In this document: positions 63,489-64,000 of the stretch, one piece after another
Numbering within the stretch: position 1 is the first letter of the stretch
Layout: the number at the start of each line of letters is the position of its first letter
Made by a program: the position numbers and the translations under genes
The notes under the pieces: generated by a model
Seen by the model: only the letters and a program-made list of their open reading frames with translations
What the model was told of the DNA's origin: nothing
Databases searched by the model: none
Assembly (NCBI GenBank): GCA_951406725.2
Contig: OX597825.1
Span: 80,352,001-80,416,000 of the forward strand
Length of the DNA: 64,000 nucleotides
Direction of reading: 5' to 3'
Source: Octopus vulgaris
Taxonomy: Eukaryota

Positions 63489-63698
63489 GGCAGTGAACTG
63501 GCAGAACGGTTAACATGTTGGGCCAAGTGCTCAGCAGCATTTCGTCCATCTGAGTTCAAATTCTGCTGAAGTAGTCTTTGCCTTTCGTCCTTTTGGGGTC
63601 GATAAAATAAGTCCCAGTTAAACTCTGCAGTTGATGTAATCAATTTATCTCCTCCCTTGAAGTTGCTGGCCTTGTGCCAAAATTTGAAACCAATATTA
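63489..63698 (+). mobile_element. SINE family A, degraded
   Basis: gaactggcagaacggttaacatg...gagttcaaattc..ctttgcctttcgtccttttggggtcgataaaataag. Confidence 0.75.
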
Positions 63699-63887
63699 TC
63701 ATGTCCTCTGTTGTATATCCCAGTTTTTAGTTCAGGCACAGCATGTTACCTGTGTGTTGTAAGAGGTGATAAAAAGCGTTGGAGTCGTAAAAGGCAGTCG
63801 ACTGTAAAATGCTGCCTTAAAAGATCTCATCCGACCTGTTGGTGCAGAAGAGTGAACATCAAAAGGATGAAACGATCTCCTCTGTGA

Positions 63888-64000
63888 AGGCAAGTGGCTC
63901 AGTGGTTAGGATGTTATGTTCACAATCTCCTGATAGTAGGTTCAATTCCCAAACCAGGTGGTGTGTTGTGTTCTTGAGCAAAGCACTTCATTTGATGCAG
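63888..64000 (+). mobile_element. SINE family D-like head running off the window end
   Basis: gtggctcagtggttagg...ggttcaattccc...gtgttcttgagcaaagcactt. Confidence 0.7.

Overview
AT-rich, repeat-dense eukaryotic (animal) DNA with no long coding sequence. The SINE families, microsatellite load and LINE types fit an octopod cephalopod genome; this is an inference from remembered repeat sequences, not a search result. Almost all ORFs in the track are microsatellite or transposon artefacts. The window holds four tRNA-headed or RTE-tailed SINE-like families, called A-D here, in dozens of copies, many nested with readable target-site duplications (TSDs). It also holds RTE and CR1-clade LINE fragments, a mariner fragment, a Helitron helicase remnant, a head-to-tail non-autonomous Helitron pair and several MITE families. 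Two signals stand out. First, a possible minus-strand gene with several candidate non-coding 5' exons or promoters (~35.5, ~24/23.5 and ~12.8 kb) may feed an exon at 633-176 with an acidic, Pro/His-rich start. Second, five degenerate hammerhead-ribozyme-like motifs, probably Penelope-type relics, lie in (TA)n/(CA)n-embedded segments, along with recurrent fold-back palindromes. All calls were made by eye and boundaries of degraded repeats are approximate.
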